NCBI GenBank assembly: GCA_963845185.1
Contig: CAWJRG010000010.1
Coordinates: 192,001-256,000 of the forward strand
Source of the DNA: an uncultured bacterium
Lineage (GTDB): Bacteria > Oederibacteriota > PGYV01 > CAWJRG01
DNA: 64,000 bases
Direction of reading: 5' to 3'
In this document: in pieces, positions 37,870 through 47,028 of the stretch
Position numbering within the stretch: position 1 is the stretch's first letter
Layout of the letters: the number at the start of each line of letters is the position of its first letter
Notes under the pieces: model-generated
Told to the model about the DNA's origin: nothing
Database searches by the model: none
Seen by the model: only the letters and a program-made list of their open reading frames with translations
Position numbers and translations under genes: made by a program

Positions 37870-40800
37870 TTATCTTATAACCGCCACTTTTTCCGTTCTT
37901 TCGCACTGGCCGAGTTTCATGTAAAGCAAATATATGCCCGAACTTACTGTCTGGCCGCTGTCATTGGTACCGTCCCAGGCAATATTTATATCCCCGTTTT
38001 CCTGGTCGTCCGCGGCTGTTTTTACCAGGGTGCCGTTCCTGTTGTAAACCTTAATAACCACGGCCATCTGCTTATAAAGCGAGTAATGAATGGACATGTA
38101 TTTGCCTTCTCCCGGATAAATAATATTCTGTAGCAATGCTATTGACTGGCACGGCATTTGTTCGTTCGGCGGCGTAGGTTCAACCACAAGCGTCGGCGTA
38201 ATTGTGGGCGTTACTGTTGCCGTAAAAATTACAGGGGTACTTGTCAGCGTGGCCATTGTCTGCGTAATTGTTGCCGTCGGTGGCTGCGTCAATACTGATG
38301 TAAAAGTGTTTGTCGGTGTGCATATTGTAAAGGACGCGCTGGACATTGTCCCTGCGCTGTCCATGGCAGTGTTTGTAATATTGTCTGTGTCTGATATTAC
38401 TATGCCTGTCCAGGTCACAGAGCCCTTGTTTCCCGGCGCAAGCGCGGTATAAGTCCAGTTTATGACATTGCCTGTATTATTTCCGCCGCCGCTTATTTCC
38501 GACACATTCATTTGCGCCGGTATGGAATCCCATACTGTATAATTATTTATTGTAACCGCGCCAACATTAATAAAACTTATGCTGTAAGTCACCATATCGT
38601 TCAAAGCCGCGCAAGCAGCGCTTGCTGTTTTTGTCATTGATGTGGCTGCATTACCTGATATGGCCTGTGTAATTGTGACCGTCGGCGTAACTGTCATGGT
38701 TGCCGTATCCATGAAAGTCGCTGTCCATATCATGGTCGGTGACAGCGTCGGCGTGAATGTCAATGTTTCGGTTGATGTTATCCATATTATGGTATTCGTA
38801 TATGTCGGAGTAACAGTAGCAGTTGATGCACTTGTAACCACAGGCGTCGCTGTTGTCGTCACTTGTGGAGTCGATGTTATGGTCATGGTAAATGTCGGTG
38901 TCGCAGTGAACGAAGGTGTGGCAGTACTCGTGAATGTCGGCGAAATGCATAATACATTGAATGCTGTCTGGTTTGAAAATGCCGCGACCGGGTCCCGGCG
39001 CCCAATCCGGCAATACCGGCGACATTTGTAAAGCTCTGGCCGCACGCCGATGTCGTTGCCCACCAGGTATATGACCCGCTCTGGTCTGTTATGCTGCCCG
39101 GTGTCCAGTTTACCATGCCACCTGACAATGTTCCTGCCGGGTTTGAACCCTGATACGTCAGCCCTGTTGGTACCGTATCATATACTGTTGTGTTTGCCGG
39201 TGTCCTTGGTATTAATACAAAGAAATTATTATATGAATCCTGCGTGCTGCCGTCCTGGTCGTTTCCCTGCTCGACTACACCCGGCCTCCAGTCTGTATAT
39301 GTAGCGCCTGCGCCGCAGTTAAAATCAGTGGTTGCCGCGCCTGTGTCTGTCCAAGCGAGCTGGTACGCTGTCGGCTCAGGCTGGCCAACTGCCCACACCT
39401 TTGACTGGAACACATAATCATTGCCGTTTTGTGTCATCCATGTCTTTGTCCTGTACCATGTATTTGCGGTTAATGTCAGCCCTGTCGGATTTGCCGCTGC
39501 CGGCCAATTGCATGAACCCGAGCCTGTGCCCTGGCATTTCTGATAAGCTATATAACCGTTTGCCGGAGCCGTGTCCAATGATAATATCAGGCTGTATTCC
39601 CGTAAATTTGTATCTGTATAACCATTGCTCCGTAAAATTATCAGGGCATCAGCTCCCGGGTAATCGCCGGGATTAATCATGGCGTCTGCTTCAACTATGC
39701 CCGTGCATACCTGAACATTGGCAGGAGCCATGTCGTCCAAAAGCAGCCCCGGATACATCGCATTTCCTGTAACACTTCCTGTTATAATTCTATCGCCTGT
39801 TCCGCATGTATCTGATATAGTCCACGTGCCGTTATATGTTCCCTGAGGCAGGAATTTCCATCCCAGCGGCGGCGAGCTTGAATATGACCCTGTTGCAGTA
39901 TCGTCAAACATCCTTACTGCCTCGAGCCGGTCGCCGTCTATCTGGTAGTCCAAATAATATGTTATTGTCACCAAATCGCCTGGCAGTTTCATAAATGTAT
40001 TAATGCTCTGTGTTTTCTGTAATGCAAGCGAAGAACTGCCAATTGTAAGTGACGCCGTAGATGAGGCTACTGCCGCACCGTTCGTACCCGTGGCTGTGTT
40101 TGCTATTACCGTGCCTGTCGCTATCGAGCACGTCATCTGCAACAGCATCCATACTGTTCCGCTTGTGTTGTAGGTTGAGCTCGGCATTGTCCATTGTAAT
40201 GTGCCTGATGTTGAGCCTGTTGCAGGTGCTGATACGCTGCCTCCTAAAGGCGCAGGGTTTGGGCCGTAATCAACAAGCGCCAGGCATCCTCCGCCCGGCA
40301 TTGGTTCGCTTATTATGGCAGTGCCGTTGCCATATGTATAATCAACTGCGTAAAGCACCAGGTCTCCAACCTGCGCCAGCGTGCCTTCAACCCTATTATT
40401 AACGCTCACCGAGTATGCCCCCGGCGTAGGCAATGGCCATGACACTACGGTCATTTCACAGCCGGTTAAAGCAGGCCAGCCTCCCGATGAACCTTCGAGG
40501 TCATACTCTGCCGTGCCTACAAGTAAATAAAGTGTGTTTACGCTGCACGCTGATGAGTCAAGGTCGCTTTGATTTGGCATTGTAAGGTTATATTGCAGTG
40601 TGCGTAATCCGCCGTTTGAACCCCCGCAATCAGTGCATGAGTCCTCATTATATGCGACATTTGACACTGCCTCATACCCAAGTTCCCCTCCCTGCCATAA
40701 ATTCTGATATGTGCTTTTAACATTTACTCCGCCCACGCCGACAAGAAAAATCTGCTTTCCCGAACCCGGCGTTGATGGCGTGTTCTGAGTGCTGATTGCC

Positions 40801-41015
40801 ACAGCTATGTATGCACCCCCGCTGTCCTCATCGCATATCTGCATTGTCAGGATAAAATCCTGCCCCCATCCGGGATTTGCAGGGGACATTGATATGGACT
40901 CGATTTTGGGCCCTGCTGCATATATTGCTGTATATAATATGGAAATAAACGCTGATAATATTAGAATTATTTTTATTGCAGTTGTTTTATCTAGTTTTCC
41001 TGCGGCCTTTCTCAT
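37870..41015 (-). pseudogene. Secreted DUF11/lectin-like adhesin paralogue 3 with type-2 CTD, split by a 1-nt frameshift near 38994-38996
   Basis: ORF 38883-41015 matches the paralogues up to FTNVAGIAG; ORF 37870-39063 resumes at PVAAFSNQT. Adding one G (GGG to GGGG) joins them. Confidence 0.8.
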
Positions 41016-41061
41016 CTTTCTTTCTCCTCAATGCCCCCTCCTTTATTTGCTCACTACCCTT

Positions 41062-41089
41062 TTGGACAATTTATATGTTTTTTTGTTCC
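41062..41089 (-). promoter_or_regulatory. ECF promoter
   Basis: GGAAC-aaaaaaacatataAATT-GTCCAA (17-nt spacer). Confidence 0.72.
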
Positions 41090-41120
41090 AGTTTTTATTA
41101 ATCCTGAATTTGCAGTGTTC

Positions 41121-42026
41121 CTAAAAATTCCAGTCCAGGCTTAGCCTGTGCGTGTCGCCCAGGTTGCCAAAAGGCTGGTAAGCGTATGACAGCATTGCCT
41201 TTTTTTCTATCAGGAACCCGAGGCCTACCGATAAATTATTGTCGCTGTGCCGCAGCCCGAACCCCATCCTCAAATATACGATGTGATAAAAACCGCCTTC
41301 AACGCCCATGTCGAGAGTGGGCAGGTCATTGCTCACCATCAGCCTGTTTACGTCCAGGGCGGCGGTCAAATCAAAAAAATCAGTAAAGGTGTTTTTTAAC
41401 CCGAACCCGGCTTTTAAGTTCAATGGCAGGGTGTCCGGCACGCTGATATACGCAGTCTGGTACCCTATATTCTGCAGCGCCAGCCCGATAAAAGTGTCGG
41501 GATTGCTGTTCAGTTTCATCAGCATTCCCGCGTCCGCGGCAATGCCTTTTTTTGAATATTTATAAAGCTGGCTGAAAAAATATTTTAAATTCGCGCCTGC
41601 GGAAATGCCAGGCGCCAGTTCATAACCGTATGATGCAGTCAGCAGCATGTCGTAATTGTTCACTTTCCCCACTACGTTTCCGAAGCTGTCAATCTGGTCA
41701 AAATTATAAGTGCTGTCAAATAAAAGGCTTGCCCCAAACGTGCCGAGTTTCACGCCGCACGGCATTGCATAGCTTAAATATTCATAATCGGTGTCGACAA
41801 AAGAGGCAAAATGGGTAAGTGATATGGTTGATTTTGATACGTATGCCAGGCCAGCGGGGTTAAAAAGCGGGCCGTTTGAATCGTCGGCAATAGCGCAGAA
41901 AGCGTCGCTCATGGCAGCCGTACGCGCCGGAGGTTCTATCCTTAAAAAATCAGGGCCTACTGTCCCTGTCGCTAATACCAGGCACGGCAGGATAATAAGC
42001 GCTGTAACCGCGGAAAACTTTTTCAT
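41121..42026 (-). CDS. PorV/PorQ (UPF0164)-family outer-membrane beta-barrel
   Basis: Signal peptide, FLRIEPPARTAAMSDAF.AIADD....FNPAGLA signature, alternating barrel strands, C-terminal aromatic LSLDWNF. Confidence 0.8.
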   Translation of the reverse strand: MKKFSAVTALIILPCLVLATGTVGPDFLRIEPPARTAAMSDAFCAIADDSNGPLFNPAGLAYVSKSTISLTHFASFVDTDYEYLSYAMPCGVKLGTFGASLLFDSTYNFDQIDSFGNVVGKVNNYDMLLTASYGYELAPGISAGANLKYFFSQLYKYSKKGIAADAGMLMKLNSNPDTFIGLALQNIGYQTAYISVPDTLPLNLKAGFGLKNTFTDFFDLTAALDVNRLMVSNDLPTLDMGVEGGFYHIVYLRMGFGLRHSDNNLSVGLGFLIEKKAMLSYAYQPFGNLGDTHRLSLDWNF

Positions 42027-42129
42027 TCAGTATAGCTCCCCATGGGATTCAACGTTGTACGGGCTTGGAACCGGTTATTGCAAAATAAATTTTTTGTATC
42101 TGCCCTTGATAAGGATTATTCTACCAGAT

Positions 42130-43119
42130 TTATTTTACAATGCAAACCTTTCTTTTCGTCTCCACAAGCCCGGTCTTTATGTATATCACGTAAATCCCGG
42201 CGCTCACCTGCGCGCCAGTATCGTCGTAGCCATTCCATGAATCCTCATATATCCCGGTTTCCCTGAACCCGGATTCTATCGTTTTTATCGGTTCGCCCCT
42301 CCTGTCATATACTTTAATCAGGATTTCCGAAGGCTGCGCCACTTTGTACTGCACGGTTACGCTTTCGCCTTTTTCAGGGTTAATGACATTGTTTTTTATC
42401 TGAAGGTCTTCTTTCATCTCTTCCTCTGTCGGCGTCTTTTGTACTTCCGCCGCGCTTACGCTGTTTCCGCTTTCAACTGCAGCCCCGGACCGCTGTTGCG
42501 CCGCGCCCGTGTTAACCTGCTTTCCTGCCAGCGCCAGCGATATATGCGGCACAGCCTGGCCGCCCTCATTTTGCGTGACCGCGGCCTCTTTTGCCTGCGT
42601 TGTCTTGTTCCCCTCTGCTTCCTGCTTTTTTGCTTGTGCCTGTTTATTTTCAGCAACCATCTGCTTTTCCTTGGCTGCGGCCTCCTGTTTCTTTGGCTGA
42701 GCAGCTGCCTGCAAAACCGGCATTTTTTTCTGTGCTGCTAAAGTCTGGGGCTTATTCGCCTGCGCAACCTTTTGCCCCTGCGTATTTGTGCTGAACCTGA
42801 CGCCAAAAACCAGTATTAATATCACGGCGAGCACTGCCGCGGCTGCCTGAGGCACCAGCGGCCTCTGTAATATGGATTTAACAGCCCTCTGCCATGTCAC
42901 GGGCGGCTGCTCTTTCAGCCTCAGCCACACAGCGTCGTTAAAATCCAAAGGGATGTTTACCTTTTCTTTTTCACGGAAAGCGGCTTTCATTTTGTTTATT
43001 ACGCTGAATTCCCTTGCGCACGCAGGGCATTCCCGCATGTGCTCCAGGGCATTTTCATTTAATGCTTTGCCTTCCGTGTATTCCTCTAATATCTTTTTAA
43101 ATTCCCTGCATTTCATCAC
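42130..43119 (-). CDS. Zinc-binding anti-sigma factor with TM helix, Q/A/K-rich linker and C-terminal FlgD-Ig/type-2 CTD
   Basis: MKC..EH MREC PAC (HxxxCxxC); TM AAAVLAVILILVFGV; tail NNVINP.KG..V.VQY..KVYDRRG..IKTI..WNGYDDTG.QVSAGIY..KVCIVK. Start overlaps the sigma stop codon. Confidence 0.8.
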   Translation of the reverse strand: MMKCREFKKILEEYTEGKALNENALEHMRECPACAREFSVINKMKAAFREKEKVNIPLDFNDAVWLRLKEQPPVTWQRAVKSILQRPLVPQAAAAVLAVILILVFGVRFSTNTQGQKVAQANKPQTLAAQKKMPVLQAAAQPKKQEAAAKEKQMVAENKQAQAKKQEAEGNKTTQAKEAAVTQNEGGQAVPHISLALAGKQVNTGAAQQRSGAAVESGNSVSAAEVQKTPTEEEMKEDLQIKNNVINPEKGESVTVQYKVAQPSEILIKVYDRRGEPIKTIESGFRETGIYEDSWNGYDDTGAQVSAGIYVIYIKTGLVETKRKVCIVK

Positions 43120-43697
43120 TTATCACCAAGTTTTTCCATGAGCCTTTTCCTCAGTTTTTCCCTCGCGCGCCACAGCTTTGATTTTACGCTGCCAACCGGC
43201 ATTTTCAATATCTTTGCCATCTCCTCGTATTCCATTCCTTCAATGTCCCGCAGTATCACCACTGATTTTTCCTCAGGCTCCAGGTTGTCAACTTCAGCCA
43301 TTATCACGGCACGTGTTTCTTTCGTTTCCATTTCCTCGTCCGCGAGCTGGTTTGTGTCTTTTACGTCAACCTGCCTTTCATTGTCTTCCTCGTCCGCTGT
43401 TAAAGAACCGGTTTCAAAAAACCTTCTCCTTTTCAGGAAGGTCCTCCTGTTCAGGCAAATGTTAACCGTTATCCTGTAAAGCCACGTTGAAACTTTTGAC
43501 TTAAACTCAAAGCTTTTTAATTCGGCATACGCCTTGCAGAAAACCTCCTGCGCGATATCCACCGCCTCGTCCGTGTTCCTCATGTACCTGTAGCAGAGTT
43601 CTGTAATGCGCTGCCTGTAAACTGTTATTATCCTTTCAAATATCTTTTTATCGCCTTTTTGCGCTTTTTTAATCTCGCTAAAATTCACTTCTTCCAT
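43116..43697 (-). CDS. ECF RNA polymerase sigma factor (SigW/RpoE-like)
   Basis: DIAQEVF, STWLYRITVN (region 2); LRDIEGMEYEEMA..GSVKSKLWRAR (region 4). Confidence 0.92.
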   Translation of the reverse strand: MEEVNFSEIKKAQKGDKKIFERIITVYRQRITELCYRYMRNTDEAVDIAQEVFCKAYAELKSFEFKSKVSTWLYRITVNICLNRRTFLKRRRFFETGSLTADEEDNERQVDVKDTNQLADEEMETKETRAVIMAEVDNLEPEEKSVVILRDIEGMEYEEMAKILKMPVGSVKSKLWRAREKLRKRLMEKLGDK

Positions 43698-43716
43698 TTA
43701 TTCCTCTTCTGCCTCT

Positions 43717-43744
43717 TTTGACAATTTTTAGCCGGAAAAGTTCC
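43717..43744 (-). promoter_or_regulatory. Autoregulatory ECF promoter of the sigma/anti-sigma operon
   Basis: GGAAC-ttttccggctaaaAATT-GTCAAA, about 20 nt upstream of the sigma ATG. Confidence 0.78.
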
Positions 43745-44023
43745 AATTATTTTCATATTTTTTGGTTTAACTCCGGCTTTGGCCCCAATTATATAATAAA
43801 ATCGGCATTTTGTAACAGTTTTTTTGCGATGCCGGAAATACCGTATTTGCCTTTTTACTGCCGGCGCGTTGCCCCGGCAGTAAAATTTGTCTTTTCTGAA
43901 AAACCTTTTTATGCTAATATATGCGTGCTGTTTTGGGGCGTTTAATCCCCCGGGCTTTGTGCCCGTGAGACTCTAAAAATTAAAACCATTGGCTTTGTCA
44001 TTTATTATATGGAAGGAGCTTGA

Positions 44024-46582
44024 ATGAAATTCAGAGAATTCAGCGTAATACCGAATTTGCCCGACAAGCTTGAGCCTTTGATTGTACTGGCTTATAATTT
44101 GTGGTGGGCATGGGATTCAGAGGCGTTTGCGCTATTCAGGGATATTGACCCTGATTTATGGAGTGTTGTTTCGCATAACGCCGTAAAGCTTTTATACCAG
44201 GTCTCCCAGGAGCGCCTGGACGTGCTGTCAAACGACGAAGGGTTTTTATTCAGGATTAAGACCATCTTAAACCGGCTTAACCAGTACATGACAAGGTCCA
44301 CATGGTATGAGAAAGTCAAGAACAGCCTGCCTGAAAATTTCAGGATAGCATATTTCTCCGCCGAATACGGCATCGCTGAATGCCTGCCTGTATACTCCGG
44401 CGGCCTTGGTGTCCTGGCCGGCGACTATTTGAAATCGGCAAGCGACCTTGGCCTGCCGCTTGTTGCCGTGGGCCTTTTATATTCCCAGGGTTATTTTCAC
44501 CAGTATCTGACCCGCGACGGCTGGCAGCAGGAAAAATATGTCACATACGATTACCACATCTCGCCCATTTCAATCGTAAAAAATAACGACGGTTCGCCGA
44601 TGGTGCTCGAAATCGGCATGCCCAACGGCCCCATGAAATTCAGGATATGGAAAGCCCAGGTGGGCAGGGTTTCGCTTTACCTTCTTGACACAAACCTGCC
44701 TGAAAATCCACCTGAATACACTGCCATAACATCCCAGCTTTACGGCGGCGACCTGGAAATGAGGGTAAAGCAGGAATTCCTGCTTGGAATAGGCGGCATA
44801 GTCGCGCTTTCGGCGCTGGGCTTAAACCCGACGGTAACGCACATGAACGAGGGGCACTCAGCCTTTCTGTCTCTTGAGCGCATCAAAACTTTCATAAAAG
44901 ATAATAATTTTTCATTCGCCGAGGCGCGCGAGCTTGTTGCCGCGTCAAACGGGTTTACCACGCATACGCCCGTGCCTGCCGGGAACGACAGGTTCCCGCG
45001 GGACCTTATGGAAAAATATCTGAAAGGCTACGTAGAAAACAGCCTAAAAATATCCTTCGACGACTTTTTAAAGCTGGGCAAAGTTTACCCCGAGGATAAA
45101 AACGAGTTTTTCTGCATGACCGTGCTCGCGCTTAAGCTGTCAAACTTCAATAACGGCGTCAGCAAACTGCACGGGCACGTAAGCAGGACAATGTGGAAGG
45201 ACATATGGAGCGATATCCCGGTGGATGACGTGCCCATTACCCACATCACAAACGGCATACATATGAACTCATGGATTTCAAAGGAAATCTCGGATTTGTT
45301 TTTCAGGTACCTTGGGACCCGCTGGGTTGACGCGCCCGACGACCACGAGATATGGAAAAGGGTCGGAGAAATCCCGGACATCGAGCTCTGGCGCACGCAC
45401 GAGAGAAGGCGCGAGAGGCTCGTGGACTTTGTAAGGCGCAAAATAAAAAAACAGTTAAAGGACAAGGGCGCTTCCCAGGAGGAAATCGACAAAGCTTCCG
45501 AAGTGCTGGACCCGGAAGCGCTCACGATAGGCTTCGCGCGTAGGTTTGCCACTTATAAAAGGGCCACTTTGATATTCAAGGACATAGAACGGATAATCAA
45601 AATCCTCACGAATAAAACCATGCCTGTGCAGATAATTTTTGCCGGCAAGGCCCACCCGAAAGACGACGCCGGCAAGGAATTTATAAAACAGGTTTTTTTA
45701 ATGGCAGAAAAAGAGGAGCTAAAGAACAGGATAGTTTTCCTCGAGGACTACGACCTGAACTGCGCGCATTACCTGGTGCAGGGGGTCGACGTCTGGCTCA
45801 ACAACCCGCAGAGGCCGCTTGAAGCCAGCGGCACTTCCGGCATGAAGGTGAATTTTAACGGCGGCCTTAATTTAAGCACGGTGGACGGCTGGTGGGCTGA
45901 AAAGCCTGAAGCCGACAGCGGCTGGTCCATAGGAAACGGCGAGGAATACAACGACGGCGAGTACCAGGACAAGGTGGAGTCAGCCGCGCTGTACGAGCTT
46001 CTGGAAAACCATATTGTCCCGCTTTTTTACAAAAGGGGCGGCGATGACCTGCCTCATGAATGGATTAAAAAAATGAAAACTTCCATGCAGTCGCTTTGCC
46101 CCATATTCAACACAAACAGGATGGTAATGGAATACGCCGAGAAATTCTACAAGCCCGGCGCCGGGCAGTTTTTAAGCTTTATACCCAATAACTATGACAA
46201 ATTAAGGAACCTGGCGCGGTGGAAGGATAAAATACAGAAAAAATGGGAAGCGACGCGGGTAACCGAAGTAATAGAAGACAAGAAAAAAGACATAAAACTC
46301 GGGGAAGCGTTTAAGATAAGGGCGGTAGTGCACGTGGACGGCCTGGCTGCCGAGGACCTGCTTGCCGAAGTTTATTACGGTTACTCGGAAGTCGACGACG
46401 TTCTTGCCAATGTTGCGACATTAAAAATGAACCTGGTTGAAAAGCGGGACAACAATACTTTTGTTTTCGAGGCCAATATCCCCGCTTCCTCATCAGGAAT
46501 AGTAAAATATACAATACGGGTATTGCCCTATCACCCTGAATTAAAAGTTAAATTTATTCCCGGCTATGTTTGCTGGGCTTAA
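44024..46582 (+). CDS. glgP: alpha-glucan (glycogen/starch) phosphorylase
   Basis: YSGGLGVLAGD, HMNEGH, FARRFATYKRA, EASGTSGMK (PLP lysine). Confidence 0.95.
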   Translation: MKFREFSVIPNLPDKLEPLIVLAYNLWWAWDSEAFALFRDIDPDLWSVVSHNAVKLLYQVSQERLDVLSNDEGFLFRIKTILNRLNQYMTRSTWYEKVKNSLPENFRIAYFSAEYGIAECLPVYSGGLGVLAGDYLKSASDLGLPLVAVGLLYSQGYFHQYLTRDGWQQEKYVTYDYHISPISIVKNNDGSPMVLEIGMPNGPMKFRIWKAQVGRVSLYLLDTNLPENPPEYTAITSQLYGGDLEMRVKQEFLLGIGGIVALSALGLNPTVTHMNEGHSAFLSLERIKTFIKDNNFSFAEARELVAASNGFTTHTPVPAGNDRFPRDLMEKYLKGYVENSLKISFDDFLKLGKVYPEDKNEFFCMTVLALKLSNFNNGVSKLHGHVSRTMWKDIWSDIPVDDVPITHITNGIHMNSWISKEISDLFFRYLGTRWVDAPDDHEIWKRVGEIPDIELWRTHERRRERLVDFVRRKIKKQLKDKGASQEEIDKASEVLDPEALTIGFARRFATYKRATLIFKDIERIIKILTNKTMPVQIIFAGKAHPKDDAGKEFIKQVFLMAEKEELKNRIVFLEDYDLNCAHYLVQGVDVWLNNPQRPLEASGTSGMKVNFNGGLNLSTVDGWWAEKPEADSGWSIGNGEEYNDGEYQDKVESAALYELLENHIVPLFYKRGGDDLPHEWIKKMKTSMQSLCPIFNTNRMVMEYAEKFYKPGAGQFLSFIPNNYDKLRNLARWKDKIQKKWEATRVTEVIEDKKKDIKLGEAFKIRAVVHVDGLAAEDLLAEVYYGYSEVDDVLANVATLKMNLVEKRDNNTFVFEANIPASSSGIVKYTIRVLPYHPELKVKFIPGYVCWA

Positions 46583-46606
46583 AATCATAAACAGGAGGCG
46601 CTGGAA

Positions 46607-46996
46607 ATGGCTGTAAGGAGTTTTCAAAACCAGGATTTCCACGATCACGTTATTAAAACCTTAAAAGAAGTCTACAGCCGGCGCAAGGATGTCAAAGAGG
46701 TTTACGTCAACCCGGCCCAGGAAAAAAACGCGGCTTTGCACGGCATATACCCGGACGTTATAGTCAAAAACCAGAGGGGTTATTTGATTTTCGAGGTTGA
46801 AACCATGGATTCTATAACCGACGATGAGGCAATGGAGTGGTCAAATATCTCGACTCTCGGCACTTTTTACCTTGTAGTTCCGGACTCGTCCCAGGAAGAC
46901 ACAGTAAAGCTTCTCGTGAAGCACGTTTTAAGAAAAGCCATTATCATTACTTACAAGCTGGCGGAAAACAAGCTGGTCTTTTCAAAACTCCCGTAA
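46607..46996 (+). CDS. Hypothetical protein with a PD-(D/E)xK-like motif
   Basis: GGAGG RBS; YPDVIV....LIFEVET pattern. Confidence 0.5.
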   Translation: MAVRSFQNQDFHDHVIKTLKEVYSRRKDVKEVYVNPAQEKNAALHGIYPDVIVKNQRGYLIFEVETMDSITDDEAMEWSNISTLGTFYLVVPDSSQEDTVKLLVKHVLRKAIIITYKLAENKLVFSKLP

Positions 46997-47028
46997 TCTA
47001 TCCCCTTCCAGGCAAGAGTATAGCGGCA

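Noticed and set aside
14119..40402. Many long Val/Gly/Ala-rich plus-strand ORFs and Asp/His/Asn-rich alternate-frame ORFs
   Set aside because: These are antisense or off-frame shadows of the Thr/Pro-rich coding tracts (ACN codons rarely give stops in other frames); they have no RBS or domain signal.
13863..41015. Diversity-generating retroelement behind the near-identical 3' ends
   Set aside because: There is no reverse transcriptase in the window, both copies are coding, and the differences do not appear restricted to adenines.
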